Below, piece after piece: positions 26,543 to 38,408 of a stretch of 64,000 nucleotides of DNA. The stretch lies in NCBI RefSeq assembly GCF_036321535.1, contig NC_087437.1, positions 51,028,001-51,092,000 on the forward strand, in the 5' to 3' direction. The DNA is from Camelus dromedarius. Its lineage: Eukaryota. Numbering within the stretch: the stretch's first letter is position 1; every line of letters starts with the position of its first letter. The translations under genes and the position numbers were made by a program. The notes beneath the pieces were generated by a model. That model was not told the DNA's origin. It saw only the letters and a list, made by a program, of their open reading frames with translations, and searched no databases.

Positions 26543-27589
26543 GTGAGTGTTGGCGGCAGCGGGATGGGACCGCCGGGAGCGCGCGCCGCTCTCCCGGGCA
26601 TTGTCTGGGCGGGGGCGGCGCGGGCACGTGCGCGCCCCTCCCCCATCGCGGCGGCCGCGCCGGCCCCCAGGCTGAGGGGAGGGAGGGAGCGGGTGACGAG
26701 AGGAGAGGTTCCGGAGGAGGAGGCTGGGTCCGCGGTGAGTGTGTGTGGCGGGGGAAGTCTCCGAAGCGGGAACCCGGAATTTGGGTGTGTGGGGTGTCCT
26801 TTTCTAAGGGGCACCGCGCTCTCTGAGGAGATGGTGGTCCCTTGAGCCCCAGTGGCTGGAGCTTTCAGAATGTTAAACCTGGTGGCCGGTGATGGGATTG
26901 GAGACGAGATTTCGCCCCAGCACCAGCAAGTAGTAGATCCATCAGCAAGAATCCTGGAATCTCCCTCCAACCTGTCGCCTTCCCAACCGTCTCCCTCCAC
27001 CGTGAAGGATGAGTAGGATTTAGGAAGGTTGGAGGCTGTTCCAGGAATGGTGCCCGAGTTAAAGCACCAGAGGTGTGAGACAGTGCAGGGTTGGAGTGGA
27101 AAGCTTGGGAAAATGAGTACTTGGAAGAAAAACTGCTTTGGTAGGTTGTGGCCAGATTGCAGAGGACAATGAGGTCTATATCAAACCTTTTTTTTTTCTA
27201 TTATGAATGTAATTATGTTAAAAAAACAGAAAGCGGAGAAAAATATCACCAGTAATTCTACAGCCCTGACACATCATTCTTAGAGTTTTGATGTTTGCTC
27301 GTATTTTCTTCTAAGCTTATAACAGTTACAGAGTTTTAAGTACAATTTTCCATTCACTTTTCTTGTTAACATGTAAAAATGCAATGTAGTATATTCAGCA
27401 GTACAATTTCGTCTTTCTTAATAAGCAAGAAGCAGGTATTTATCATAGAAAAATGTAAAAATACAAGAAAACGAGGAAAAGTACGCATAGTTTTACTGTC
27501 TAGAGGTATTATCATTGAGTGTATATTTTTGGTTGTGTGTGTTCTTTCAAAAATAGGAGCAGGTGAGGCCCTTTTTAGGAATTTAGTTT

Positions 27590-28400
27590 TTATGAGAAAC
27601 CTTTGAAGGTTTTAAGAAGGCAAGTCGCATAATTTGCTGCACAGAGGAAGAGGGCAAGAGTGGAAGCTGGGAGGTCAGTTAGTTTACAGTACTCTGGAGT
27701 AGGTCTGTGGTTGTGGAGATGGAGAAGAGTAGAAAACAGATATTTTGGAGGTAGACTGAACAAGACTTGGAAATGGATTGGTGAGGGAAAGGGAGAACTT
27801 TTTCCTTTTTGATCCTTGTTTTGAGCAACTAGGAGTAGATGGTGGCATTCAGTGAGAATGGAAGAGAGAAATTTGAGTTGGGAGAAATCACGAGTTCTGT
27901 TTTGGGTGTATTAAATTTGAAGTGTATATTGGATACAAAAATCGGTATGTTGAGGCAATTGGTTGTACAGGTTTGGAGCTCCTAGAAGAGAGAGCCTAGA
28001 GCTGGAGATAAAATTTGGGGAATATTCAGTATACAGATGATACTCAAAGTTATAGGACTACATGAGATCACTTGGGGAAAAAGTATACATAGAGAAGTGA
28101 AAACTGGAGACTCAGACATTCCAATGCTTGGAGGTCTTGCAGAGTAAGAAGATTGAGCACAGGACAGAAGAAACAGTGAGGTAGGAGGAAAAGCAGGAGA
28201 CTGGTGGTATAGAAGTCATGAGAGAGAAGTTTCTAGATGGTGGAGACTTGGTATGTCAGTGCTTCTGAGTTGTTTAGTGAGATGCTCAATTGGATCTGGC
28301 AATGCTGAAGTTATTAGTTTGGTCTTTCGTATTATTATCCAGAGTTCTAGAATCAGGAGGTGGAAACAAATCATGAGGAAGTGAAGACAATGAGTATGAG
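27590..28400 (-). mobile_element. LINE-2 remnant
   Basis: Purine-rich degenerate antisense L2-like sequence. Confidence 0.55.
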
Positions 28401-28802
28401 TTAGAAACAGCGCCCCTGAATTAGAAACAGGTGCCCTTGTTCAAGACACCTTATTTTCATCTTCCTCCAAACTAAATTTGATAATGAAAAATGATGTCTT
28501 GTTTCATTCCTTGATCACCGGTATGTGTGAACATTTTTTCACATTTATTGGCCATTTGTGAATTTCTGTTCCTGTCCTCTGTGCATATTTTCATTTGTGT
28601 TTGTCATTTTTCTAACTGATTGATTTTCTAATTGTCAAGAGTTCTCTAGATACTAAAAATATATAGCCTGATATAAAGCTTACAGAATTTTCCCCCTTAT
28701 GTGTCCTCCCCCTCACCTCTGTTCTCTGGAATAGATACTCCAGAAGGAAGGACATGGTTAATAATAGAAAAACCATACTTACCACTTAACTCCTATATGT
28801 AC

Positions 28803-30725
28803 TTTTTTTTTTCAATTGTAGTAAAATACACATAACATGAAATTTACCACTGTAACCATTTTTAAATGTACAGTTCAGTGGTATTAAATACATTCATTAT
28901 GTTGTGCAACCATCACCATCATCTCCACAACCGTTTTCATTTTGTAAAACTGAAACTTTATACCCATTAAGCAATAACCTTCATTTCCTCCTTACCCCCA
29001 GCTCGGGACAGTCACCATTTCTACTTTCTGTCTCTGAGATTTTTGACTACTCTGAGTACCTCATATAAGTGGAATCAGACAATATTTGTCCTTTTGTAAC
29101 TGACTTATTTCACTTCGCATAATGTCCTCAAGGTTCATTCATGTTGTGACATATGTCAGAATTTCCGTCCTTTTTAAAGGCTAAATGATATTGCAGTGTA
29201 TGTATATATCACGTTTTGTTTATCCATTCATCTGTTGATGAGCACTTGAGTTGCTTCCATCTTTTGGCTCTTGTGAATAATGCTCCTAAGAATGCGGGTG
29301 TACAGATACCTGTTTGAGTCCCTGCTTTCAGTTCTTTGGGTATTTACCCAAAAGTGGAATTGCTGGATCATACAGTAATTTTATTTTTAATTTTCTGAGC
29401 AACTGCCATACTGTTTTCTATAGTGGCTACACCATTTTATATTCCCACCAACAGTGCACAAGTGTTCCAACTTCTTCATGTCTTCGCCAGCACTTGTTTT
29501 CTGTTTTTTTTATGGTAGCCATCCTAATGGATGTCAGGTGATACCTTGTTCTGTTTTTGATTTGCACTTCCCTAATATTAGTGATGTTTAGTATCTTTTC
29601 ATGTGCTTATTGGCCATTTGCATGTCTTCTTTGGAGAAATGTCAATTCAAATCCTTTGCCCATTTTTGAATCAAGTTTTTTGTTGAATTTTAGGAGTTCT
29701 CTCTATATCCTGGTTATTAATCTGTTATCAGATACATTATTTGCAAATATTTTCTCCCATTCTAGGGGTTGCCTTTTTCCCTTTGGTAGTATCTTTTGAT
29801 GCACAAAATTTTTCAGGAAGTCCAGTTTGTCTCCTTTTTCTTTCATTACCTGTCTTTGGTGTCATAGCCGAGAAATTGCCAAATCCAATTTTGTGAAGCT
29901 TTTGTCTGTTTTCTTCTAAAACTTTTATTGTTTTAAGTTTTGTATTTATGTCTTTGATCTATTTTGAGTTAGTTTTTGTACATGGTATTAGGTAAGAATC
30001 TAACTTCTTTCTTTTGCGTATAAATATCCAGCTTTCCTAGCTCTATTTGTTGAAAAGACTGTTTTCCCCACTGATGGTTTTGGCACCCTTGTCAAAAATT
30101 ATTTGACCATATATGTAAGAATTTATTTCTGGGCTCTCTCTTCCACTGGACTGTATATCTGTGTTTATGCCAGTACCACACTTGTTTTGATTACTGTAGC
30201 TTCTAGTACGTTTTGAAATCAGGAAGTGTGAGTCCTCCAGTTTTTTTTTTTTTTTTCCAAGATTGTTTTGATTATTTAGGGTCACTTGAGATTTCATATG
30301 AATTTTAGGGTGGGTTTTTCTACTTCTGCAAAAAATGTCATTGGGATTTTGATAGGGATTGCATTGAATTTGTAGATGGCTTTGAATAGTATTGACTTTT
30401 TAACAATACTGTCTTGAACATGGAATGTGTTACCAATTATTTATGTCTTCTTTAATTTCTTTCAGCAGTGTTTTGTAGTTCTCATTGTATAAGTCTTTCA
30501 CCTCCTTGGTTACTTCCTAAGTGTTGTTGTTTTGGGGTTTTTTTTTTGATGATTTTATAAATGGAAATATTTTTGTAATTTCCTTTTCATATTGTTTATT
30601 CATTTATAGAAATACAACCGATTTTTATGTGTTGACTTGGTATCCTACTATTTGCTGAGTTCTTTTATTAGTTCTAACAATTTTGGGATGGAATCTTTAG
30701 GATTTTCTACATGTAAGATCATGTC
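28803..30725 (-). mobile_element. LINE-1 (L1MA/MB-type) 3' ~1.9 kb
   Basis: Poly(T) start, antisense L1 3' UTR and ORF2 motifs (ggaattgctggatcata, ttgattactgtagct). Confidence 0.9.
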
Positions 30726-31544
30726 CCCCTACATTAAAAAGCCTTCATATTCATTCAATTGATACACTGTAATTTGCTATGGATTGTTTCTAGTTTTTTA
30801 TCATAATATATATAGAAAGAGGAGAACTAACATTTAAGTTGTAGATCTGTAAGTACAACCCACACATGATACACATCACCAGCTTTGAGAGTATTTCCTT
30901 AGGATAGATTCTCAGAAATACTTGATTCTCCTCTCTTCTCATTCAGTCACAGAGAACAGAATTCTTCATTGCCACCTCCTTAAATTGGCCCGCACCTCCC
31001 TGCCTTTAACCCTGACCCCCTTTCAGTCTGTTTTCTACACTGCTACTGAATGGAGGGTGAGAGTCAGGATTGGTGCACTTTTCCCTCATAGAAAACAAAG
31101 ACTTACGAAACAGATTGTTTCTGTATCATCTGGTCTGTGGGAGTTAGGAAAAAAAAAAAGTTTTTGAAGGCTGTAATGCACTTCATGGATGAATTGGAAT
31201 CTGATTTGATTCTTGAAGGATGAATAGCTTTTCAGTAAGCAGGGAGAAGGTAGGATGGAATACGAACTCATTTGAGAGGCAATTAGGTAATTAGGAGAAG
31301 TTCAGGCATGAACTTTGATGATTGTGGACAAGGAGAGGTAGAAGAACTAGTTCTCCTAACCAAGGATTGTTTATTCTGTTTATTTGAAGAATGAGCTATA
31401 GGGTAAGTGTGGGGAGAGACCTGTTATGTGGTGGTAACAAAGGCTAACAGTGACCATGATGCCAAGGGGCAGAGGCTTCAACTTTATTCATAATGTTTTT
31501 ATTCTCAGAGTTGGGGATACGTTGGTGATCGTTATCTATTTTTT

Positions 31545-32890
31545 TTAATTAGTTTATTTGAGAGTGTATACTTTTTTGTTGAGATAAAATTCACCATTTG
31601 AAAGTGTATAATTTGGGGCTTTTTTTTTTTTTGGTATATTCATAAGGTTGTACAACCATTACTACCATCTAATTCCATAACATTTTTGTGATTCCAGAAA
31701 GAAACCCCAATCCTATTTGCAGTCAGTCTCAGTTCCCTCCTCACCTCATCCCCTGGCAGTCACTTGCTCTGTCTGTGGATTTTCCTGTTTCTGGACATTT
31801 CACAGAAATATCATATAACCTGTGGCCTTTCATATCTGGCTTTTTTAACTTAATTAGCATGATATAGTCAAAGTTGATCTGCATTGTAGCATGTGTCAGT
31901 ACTTCATTCTTTTTTAATGCTTGATAATCCATTGTATGAATATATCATGTTTTGTTTGTCTAGACATTTGAGTTGCTTCCATTTTTTCACATTTATGAAT
32001 AATGCTGTTATGAACATTTATACATACAAGTTTTTATGTGGACATACATTTTCAGGAGTGGAATTGCTGGGACACATAGTAATTCTGTGTTTAATTTTTT
32101 GAGGAACTGGCAAACTGTTTGCCACAGTGACTGTACCATTTTACGTTTCCACCAACAATCTATGAGGGTTCCCACTGTGTATTCTTTATACATTTTTTGA
32201 CAGTCTATATTTAATTGCTGTTTGTGTGTTTAAATAGATTATTGAGGTACAATTGGCATGCCATAAACTGCACATATATAAAGTATATAACTTGGTAAGT
32301 TTTGACATATTTATACACCTGTGAAACTGTCAAGACAATCAAGATAGTAAACGTATGCATCATCCTTCCAATTTTTCTCATGCCCCTTTGTGATCCCAGT
32401 CTCTCTCCTCCCCATCGTTGCCCCATCAGCAACCACTAGTCAGGTTTCTGTCACAATAGACTAGTTTACATTTTATATAAATGGAATCATTGTAGTATAT
32501 TCTTTTTTCTTAAGCTGACTTCTATCACTCAGCATTATTTTGAGGTTAATTCATGTTGTTGCATGTATCAGCTCATTCCTTTTTATTGATTAATGTATTC
32601 TATTGTATGGATATATCACAATTTGTTTATCCATTCACCTGTTAGTGGCCATTTGGGTTGTTTCTAGTTTTTGAGTATTGTAAATAAAATTGCTGTGAAC
32701 ATTTGTGTACAAGTTTTTGCACGCACATATGCTTTTATTTCTCTTGGGTAATACCTAGGAATAGAATGAGTCATATCGTAGGGTTTGTTTAATTTGTTAA
32801 GAAACTGCCAAACTGTTTTCCAAAGTGGTTGTACCATTTTACATTCCTGCCACTAATGTATGAGAATTCCAGTTGTTCTACATTCTCTGT
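31545..32890 (-). mobile_element. Two old LINE-1 3' fragments (L1MB/ME-type)
   Basis: Antisense L1 3' UTR motifs; gaggaactggcaaactgttt and gaaactgccaaactgttttcc. Confidence 0.75.
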
Positions 32891-33264
32891 AGTTTCTTTT
32901 CAACATATGGAGAAGTAAGAAGAGAACAGAAATATACATAAAGACACCTATAATCCATCTCCCAGATTAGTCCTTTTGGCATTTTTGGCCCCATGTCCAT
33001 GGTTAGAAAATTCAAACATTATGGTCAGGAATAAATTGAAAAGCAAAAGCACTACCCAGATGTAACTATTGTTAATCATTTTTTATCATTTCTTCCAGAA
33101 AAACCTACCCAAGCATCTACCAGCATTGTTTGTGGTCTTCTTTCCCCTTGTTTACACAGAAAGAATCAAAGCATACATTACCATTCTGCACCTTGGTTTT
33201 TTCACTTTACAATTTATCTTACAGGTATTTTCACATTAGCACATTTTTTAGTGGCTGCATTGCA

Positions 33265-33860
33265 AAACAGTTTTGCTATAAGAAAACACGAATTTGTTTC
33301 AGTGCAATTGATATATTAGAGAACTATTTGAGTATAATGTGAATTTCACATTTGCTTTTGGGTCATTTTGTCTGTAAGAAATGCTTGGTAAATGGAGAAG
33401 ACTGCACCCTAGTGAATTGAGCCACAGAAGGAAAATACAAGTCGCCTGCAGGCACATACCTCAGAGGTCCTCCAGCAACCTCAATTTACTGCTGTGTTAT
33501 GAGCCACACCCATGCACATCTGGTGTTATAATTTTCTGTTGATTTCAGATTAGCCTCCTACTACTTTGCAGTAACTCACAAGCTGTAACCTTTCGATGCC
33601 CACTTCCACAAGCAAACTTGAGGTCTTTTTCAAGTGCCATATTTAATGTAGCATTTATATAATTCTTAACCATTTAATGTGTAAAACTGTGCTACCGTTT
33701 TTATTAGATTCCTTTTTTTTTTAATGTTACTGATAAAATTTTTGAGTGTTGTGCCCAAACCCATTTTTTCCCATAAGCCTATGGTTTTTAGTATGTAAAC
33801 TTATACAGCGTGGTGATTTTTAAGAATGCATATGTCACATTATAGTGGAACTTACCTGTT
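33265..33860. mobile_element. TcMar-Tigger-like DNA transposon remnant
   Basis: cagttttgctataa...cattatagtggaacttacctg termini with partial inverted symmetry. Confidence 0.45.
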
Positions 33861-34299
33861 CTATAGTATGATTGTACATAATTTCTTTATTTCTAAATTT
33901 AAGTTTTATTTTTTAAGATTGTTAAATACATTGTATATACCAAGGAGCACATATAATAAGGAGGTATATTTTAAAGAATAATAATAAAGTAACAAATACC
34001 TACTTAGTTACCCTGCAGTTTAAGAAATGGGAGATGACTGATACTTTTGAACCTCCTTGTACTCCTCTCACTGATCATTTTCTGCCTTTTTGAATATTTG
34101 AAATATTTGACAAAAATATTAAATTTGAAAGTGTTAACAAATCTGTGTCTAACCCCTCCCCCCAAATGGTCTTGCTAATGTTGATTCCTCAGCTGACCAC
34201 CTTGTCCTCCTGCAAGTGTGCACACGCATACTTGGGGAAGGATAATCTGTCAATGAATTTCCTTTTAAGGTTAGTATCTAGTGGGTTTGTTATTGTTAT

Positions 34300-34460
34300 T
34301 TTTTATAATGGCTTTGGTGAGCTCTAATTCATATACCATAAAATTCACTCCTTTAAAGTGTGAAACAGTGGGGTTTTTTTGTTTTTTGGGCTTTTTTTTT
34401 TTTCAGTATTTTTACAAAGTTTTGCAACCATCACTGTATCTAATTCCAGAAAACTTTCAC
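34300..34460 (-). mobile_element. Short LINE-1 3' end
   Basis: ataccataaaattcactcctttaaagtgtg...gcaaccatcac...taattccagaaaactttca. Confidence 0.7.
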
Positions 34461-35428
34461 CAATAGGTATATTTTTGTAAATAAGTAGATTTTCTAGATT
34501 AGGCCATGTTGATCTAAAGAAAAACCAATTTTCTAAAAAATGTCATATGTTTTAAGGTACTTGTTTTCTTTCTAGAATCTCAGCTCCTGGTAGAAAGGCA
34601 TGAGACTTACTCCTATAGGATTTATTGTCAGTTTGAAAGCTCCAGTGAAAAATCCCTATTTAGTGAAGTGTGCAAGATTTGGCTTAATTTATATATTCTC
34701 AGTGACTCTGTCTAAGAGTTTGACACAATCTTTATCTGGTCCATATCCTTTTCTTTTCAACTTGGATTTGTAGACAAGTTTTGTTTTGTTTTTTTCTTTT
34801 TGTTTCTCTTGGAAACAAAACTTTTATGGCTTTACAAGTGAAACAATGAGATTGTCACATGAGTCAGAACTATCACTTTAGATAATTTCAATGATTTTTG
34901 TCTGAAAGTGACTCCAAGAAAGTTACTGGAGTGCTATATGGACTACTTTCTGTCAGCTTAAGAATTTACCCTAAATATCTCAAAACTCATAAACGTCTCA
35001 GATAGCTCACTCTGTCCAGAAAAAAGTAAGTTGAAGTGCTGGGGGAAAGGATAGGTAAAACTTACCTAAGTCCAGCTCTCCAGTTTTGCACTAATGGATA
35101 GAAACAGGGCGTGAATAATTTAGAACAGCTGTTTGATCGTAAACTCTTTTTCTTCTTACTTTGCAAGATTGAAGACAGTACTGTCCTGAATGGATTCTGG
35201 GGCAGACCTTATATAGCATCTTCTGCGGTCTTAAGCAATTTTATTTATGATAGGAAAGTAGGTGTTTTTGACCTGGAAGTAGGTAATACTTAAATGATAA
35301 TAGTTTTTTGAGCTCAACTGTCTAGCTGTTTCCATTTTGCTCGGTTCTTTCTATGATTCACATCAGTTTGATGCTAATGACTGACCTCTGTCAGCTTCCC
35401 ACCATTCTGGTCCAGTGTAAATTTATGG
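34461..35428 (-). pseudogene. Candidate degenerate multi-exon gene relic, antisense in YEATS2 intron 1
   Basis: Five minus-strand segments with AG/GT boundaries and compatible phases (35428-35386, 35272-35160, 35090-35066, 34655-34611, 34513 onward); joined frame contains in-frame stops. Confidence 0.35.
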
Positions 35429-35507
35429 CTATTTTAATTTAAAAGACCTTTTTTCTTTCCATACCAGATGAGTTGAAGATAAAGTGATTGTGCTGGCCAA
35501 CAAGTAA

Positions 35508-36189
35508 TAGTAGTCCCCCTTTCTCCATGGTTTTGCTACCCAGAGTTTTGCTTTCCATGGTTTCAGTTACCTGCCATCAACCGTAGCCTGAAAATATGAC
35601 ATGGAAGATTCCAGAAATAAGTTTTAAATTGCACACCTTTCTGAGTAGCATGATGAAATCTCGTGCCATCCCTTCTGTCCCACCTGGGATATGAATCATC
35701 CCTTTGTCCAGTGTATTCTTCCAGTTAGTCACTTCGTAGCCTTCTTGGTTATCACATCAACTGTTTTGGTATTGCAGTGCTTGTGTTCAGGTCACCTTTA
35801 TTTTATTTAGTGATGGCCCCAAAGTGAAAGAATAATGATGCTGGCAATTCAGATACGCCAAAGAGAAGCTGCAAAGTATTTTCTTTAGGTGAAAAGGTGA
35901 AAGTTAATAAGAAAAAAATTTTGGTTGCTAAGATCTGCTGTAAGAATGAATCTTCCATCTGTGAAATTGCGAAGAAGGAAGAAGAAATTTGTGTTAGTTT
36001 TGCTCTCACACCTCAATTGGCAAAAGTTATAGCTACAGTGTATGAAAAGTACCTAGTTAAGATAGAAAAGGCATTAAGTTTCGGGGTGGAAGACATGAAC
36101 AGAAAACAGCATTCAGCACTGTCCTCTGTTTCAGGCATCCACTGGGTGTCTTGGAATGTTTCCCCCACAGATGAGGGGATACTCTATGT
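35508..36189. mobile_element. Tigger7/MER44-like DNA transposon
   Basis: Terminal inverted repeats tagtagtccccct... / ...gatgaggggatactcta; CENP-B-like HTH remnant VAKICCKNESSICEIAKKEEEI in ORF 35897-36217. Confidence 0.85.
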
Positions 36190-36759
36190 TCAAACGGTTT
36201 TGTGTATAAGTACCTGACTTAGAGTAAATAGGATAGAGTTTTTGTCAGTACCAACTTACATGAAAATGAGAACAAAATCGTCTCTTCTTCCTTTTAGATT
36301 TGTCTGAGTCTTTTCTATAATAGACTACTTCAGATGGCTTGTATTATGAAAAATAAGCCTAATTTGGGGAAGAAATTTTTTCAGTTATCTGTATCAATGG
36401 GAGATGACGGTTCTATAAGTAATCTTCAAATAGAGGAAAAATTTAAATTGATATTGAAATATATATTTCGACTCTTCTGGAAAGACTTCATGCCTAATGA
36501 TTTTTGTCAGTATACTATTAAAATGGGTATTCTTTCTTAGTGTGCACATTGGACAGTCTTTGTGAAGCATGGATGGTGTCAGGGTAAAAGCTCCTGCTAT
36601 TTTTAGTTTGCAAAATATAACTCATGAAATGGATTACATACATTTGGATTACTGAAAGTCAGTTGCATTAATGTATTCCTAAAAGTCCAACATTAGACAT
36701 GGGCAGTGCAAATCACCTTGCTTCTGGATATCCCCAGTACTTTAAATAAATATTGCTGG

Positions 36760-37520
36760 TAATAAATCCTTCTAGTCACAATGCACTATTCTTTTAATAC
36801 CCCACTGGATTGAATTTGTATCTGCATATATTCACAAATGAAAACTGGTCTCTCATTTTCCTCTGAGGATGCCTTTGGCCACATTTCCATAGGTTTAGAT
36901 ATATTGTGTCCTTTTTGTTGATATTTTTTAAATAGTCTGTTATTTTAATTTCCTTTTTGAGTTATGAGCATGAAGTATTTAGAAGAGTACCTTATTTTCA
37001 TTTAATAGTGAGTTTTTGTTAATAATTTCATATTTAATTCTATTAAAATCAGAATATGGCTGTAACATTTCCTTATTTTATAATAATTGAGACTTCATAT
37101 AACTTATATGATTTAATTTTAATGAATTTTATAGACATTTCAAATGGGTTATTCTCTTTTGGGTTCAGAGTTGTACATATCCATAAATCTGGCTTGTAAA
37201 TTGCATTGTCTGTATCATCTGTATTTTTATCTGTTGTCTTCTTGATCTTTTAAATTTACGAGAGCAGTATGTTCAAATTCTCCTGTTATGATTGTGATTT
37301 TCTTAAATTCTCCTTGTGTTTCTGGTTTATGTTTTATATGTTTAGAGATGATGTTGTTTGATGTATAGTTTGACATATCTTTTTGATTGTGTCTTTTAAT
37401 AGTAATAAAATCTTTTTGTATTAAATTTTTTGCCTTAAATTATTCTGTTATCAATCTTGCCATGTCTGCTATCTTTTTGCTTGTGTCTGTGTATAACTTT
37501 GCACATCCCTTTATTTTAAA
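36760..37520 (-). mobile_element. Old LINE-1 fragments (L1ME-like)
   Basis: Degenerate T-rich antisense L1 ORF2-type sequence. Confidence 0.55.
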
Positions 37521-37664
37521 CATTTAGCTATAATACCTTTGAATATTTGAAGGTATAGCAGTATCAACAAATAGACTTGTAAGTATTATAATAAAAAAAA
37601 GGATGAAAGCTAGTAGATATGTTCCCTGTGGGTGTTTGTATTTTTGCATATATTTTAGTTATCC

Positions 37665-38408
37665 CTTCATGTATTTATTCAGCAAATAATTTTTTGAGAG
37701 CTTCCAAGAACTTTGGAGAGGGAATATGGGGAGAGCTATCTTGGACAGTATGATCAGAGAAGGCCTTCTCTGATAAGGCGGGCATTTGAGCAGGATCTGG
37801 TAAAGTTAACCTGGGGGAAGAGCATTCCAGGCAGAAGGAATCGTTAAGTCCCAACACCCTTAGGAAAGATTGAGGTGTACTCTCTAGAAACCCCGTGTGT
37901 CTGGATCTTAATGATTAAGGACAGAGAAGCAGGCAGGGCCCAATTCATGTAAGATCTTGTAAGTCATGTTAAGGAGTGTTACGGGAAACCATTGGAAAAT
38001 TTCAAGCAGGGGAGAGCTTGATCAGATATGTTTGTATAGTCCTTTTCCCAAGGTATAGTTTATATACAGTGAAATACACAGATTTTTAAGTGTATAGTTG
38101 GAGTGAGTTTTTCTGACTGCATATACCCAAGTAACCCACACTTTTATTAAGATATAAAATATTTCTGTCACCCCAGAAAGATTCTCTATACCTCTTCTCA
38201 GTTAGTCCCCACCACCAGCACCCCAACTACTATTCTCTTTTCTTTTACCATAGATTAATCTGTGTGTTCTCAAACATCATATAAATAGAATCATTTAGTA
38301 TGCGCTCCTATTCCATGTCTGGCTTCTTTTACTTTGAGATTTATTCCTGTTGTTGTTTAGATCAGAAGTTCTTTGGGTGTACTACAATTTGTTTACCTAT
38401 TCTCCTGT
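37665..38408 (-). mobile_element. L2 remnant followed by L1 3' end
   Basis: gatcagagaaggccttctctga...gagcattccaggcaga (L2); tttaagtgtatagt...catcatataaatagaatcat (L1). Confidence 0.6.

Larger units (their letters stand above)
26140..26960 (+). promoter_or_regulatory. YEATS2: CpG island / TATA-less promoter of YEATS2
   Basis: Abrupt GC/CpG enrichment; GC boxes (ccccgccc) at 26344-26357; inverted CCAAT (ATTGG) at 26359-26363; CRE-like TGACGT at 26364-26369; E-box CACGTG at 26625-26630. Confidence 0.9.

Noticed and set aside
26121..27000. Long overlapping ORFs (146-168 aa) on both strands
   Set aside because: Low-complexity Gly/Arg/Pro/Ala products expected from stop-poor CpG-island DNA; no recognisable domain
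35897..36217. 106-aa ORF as a domesticated transposase gene
   Set aside because: Only an HTH fragment inside an internally deleted Tigger7/MER44 element; no catalytic domain
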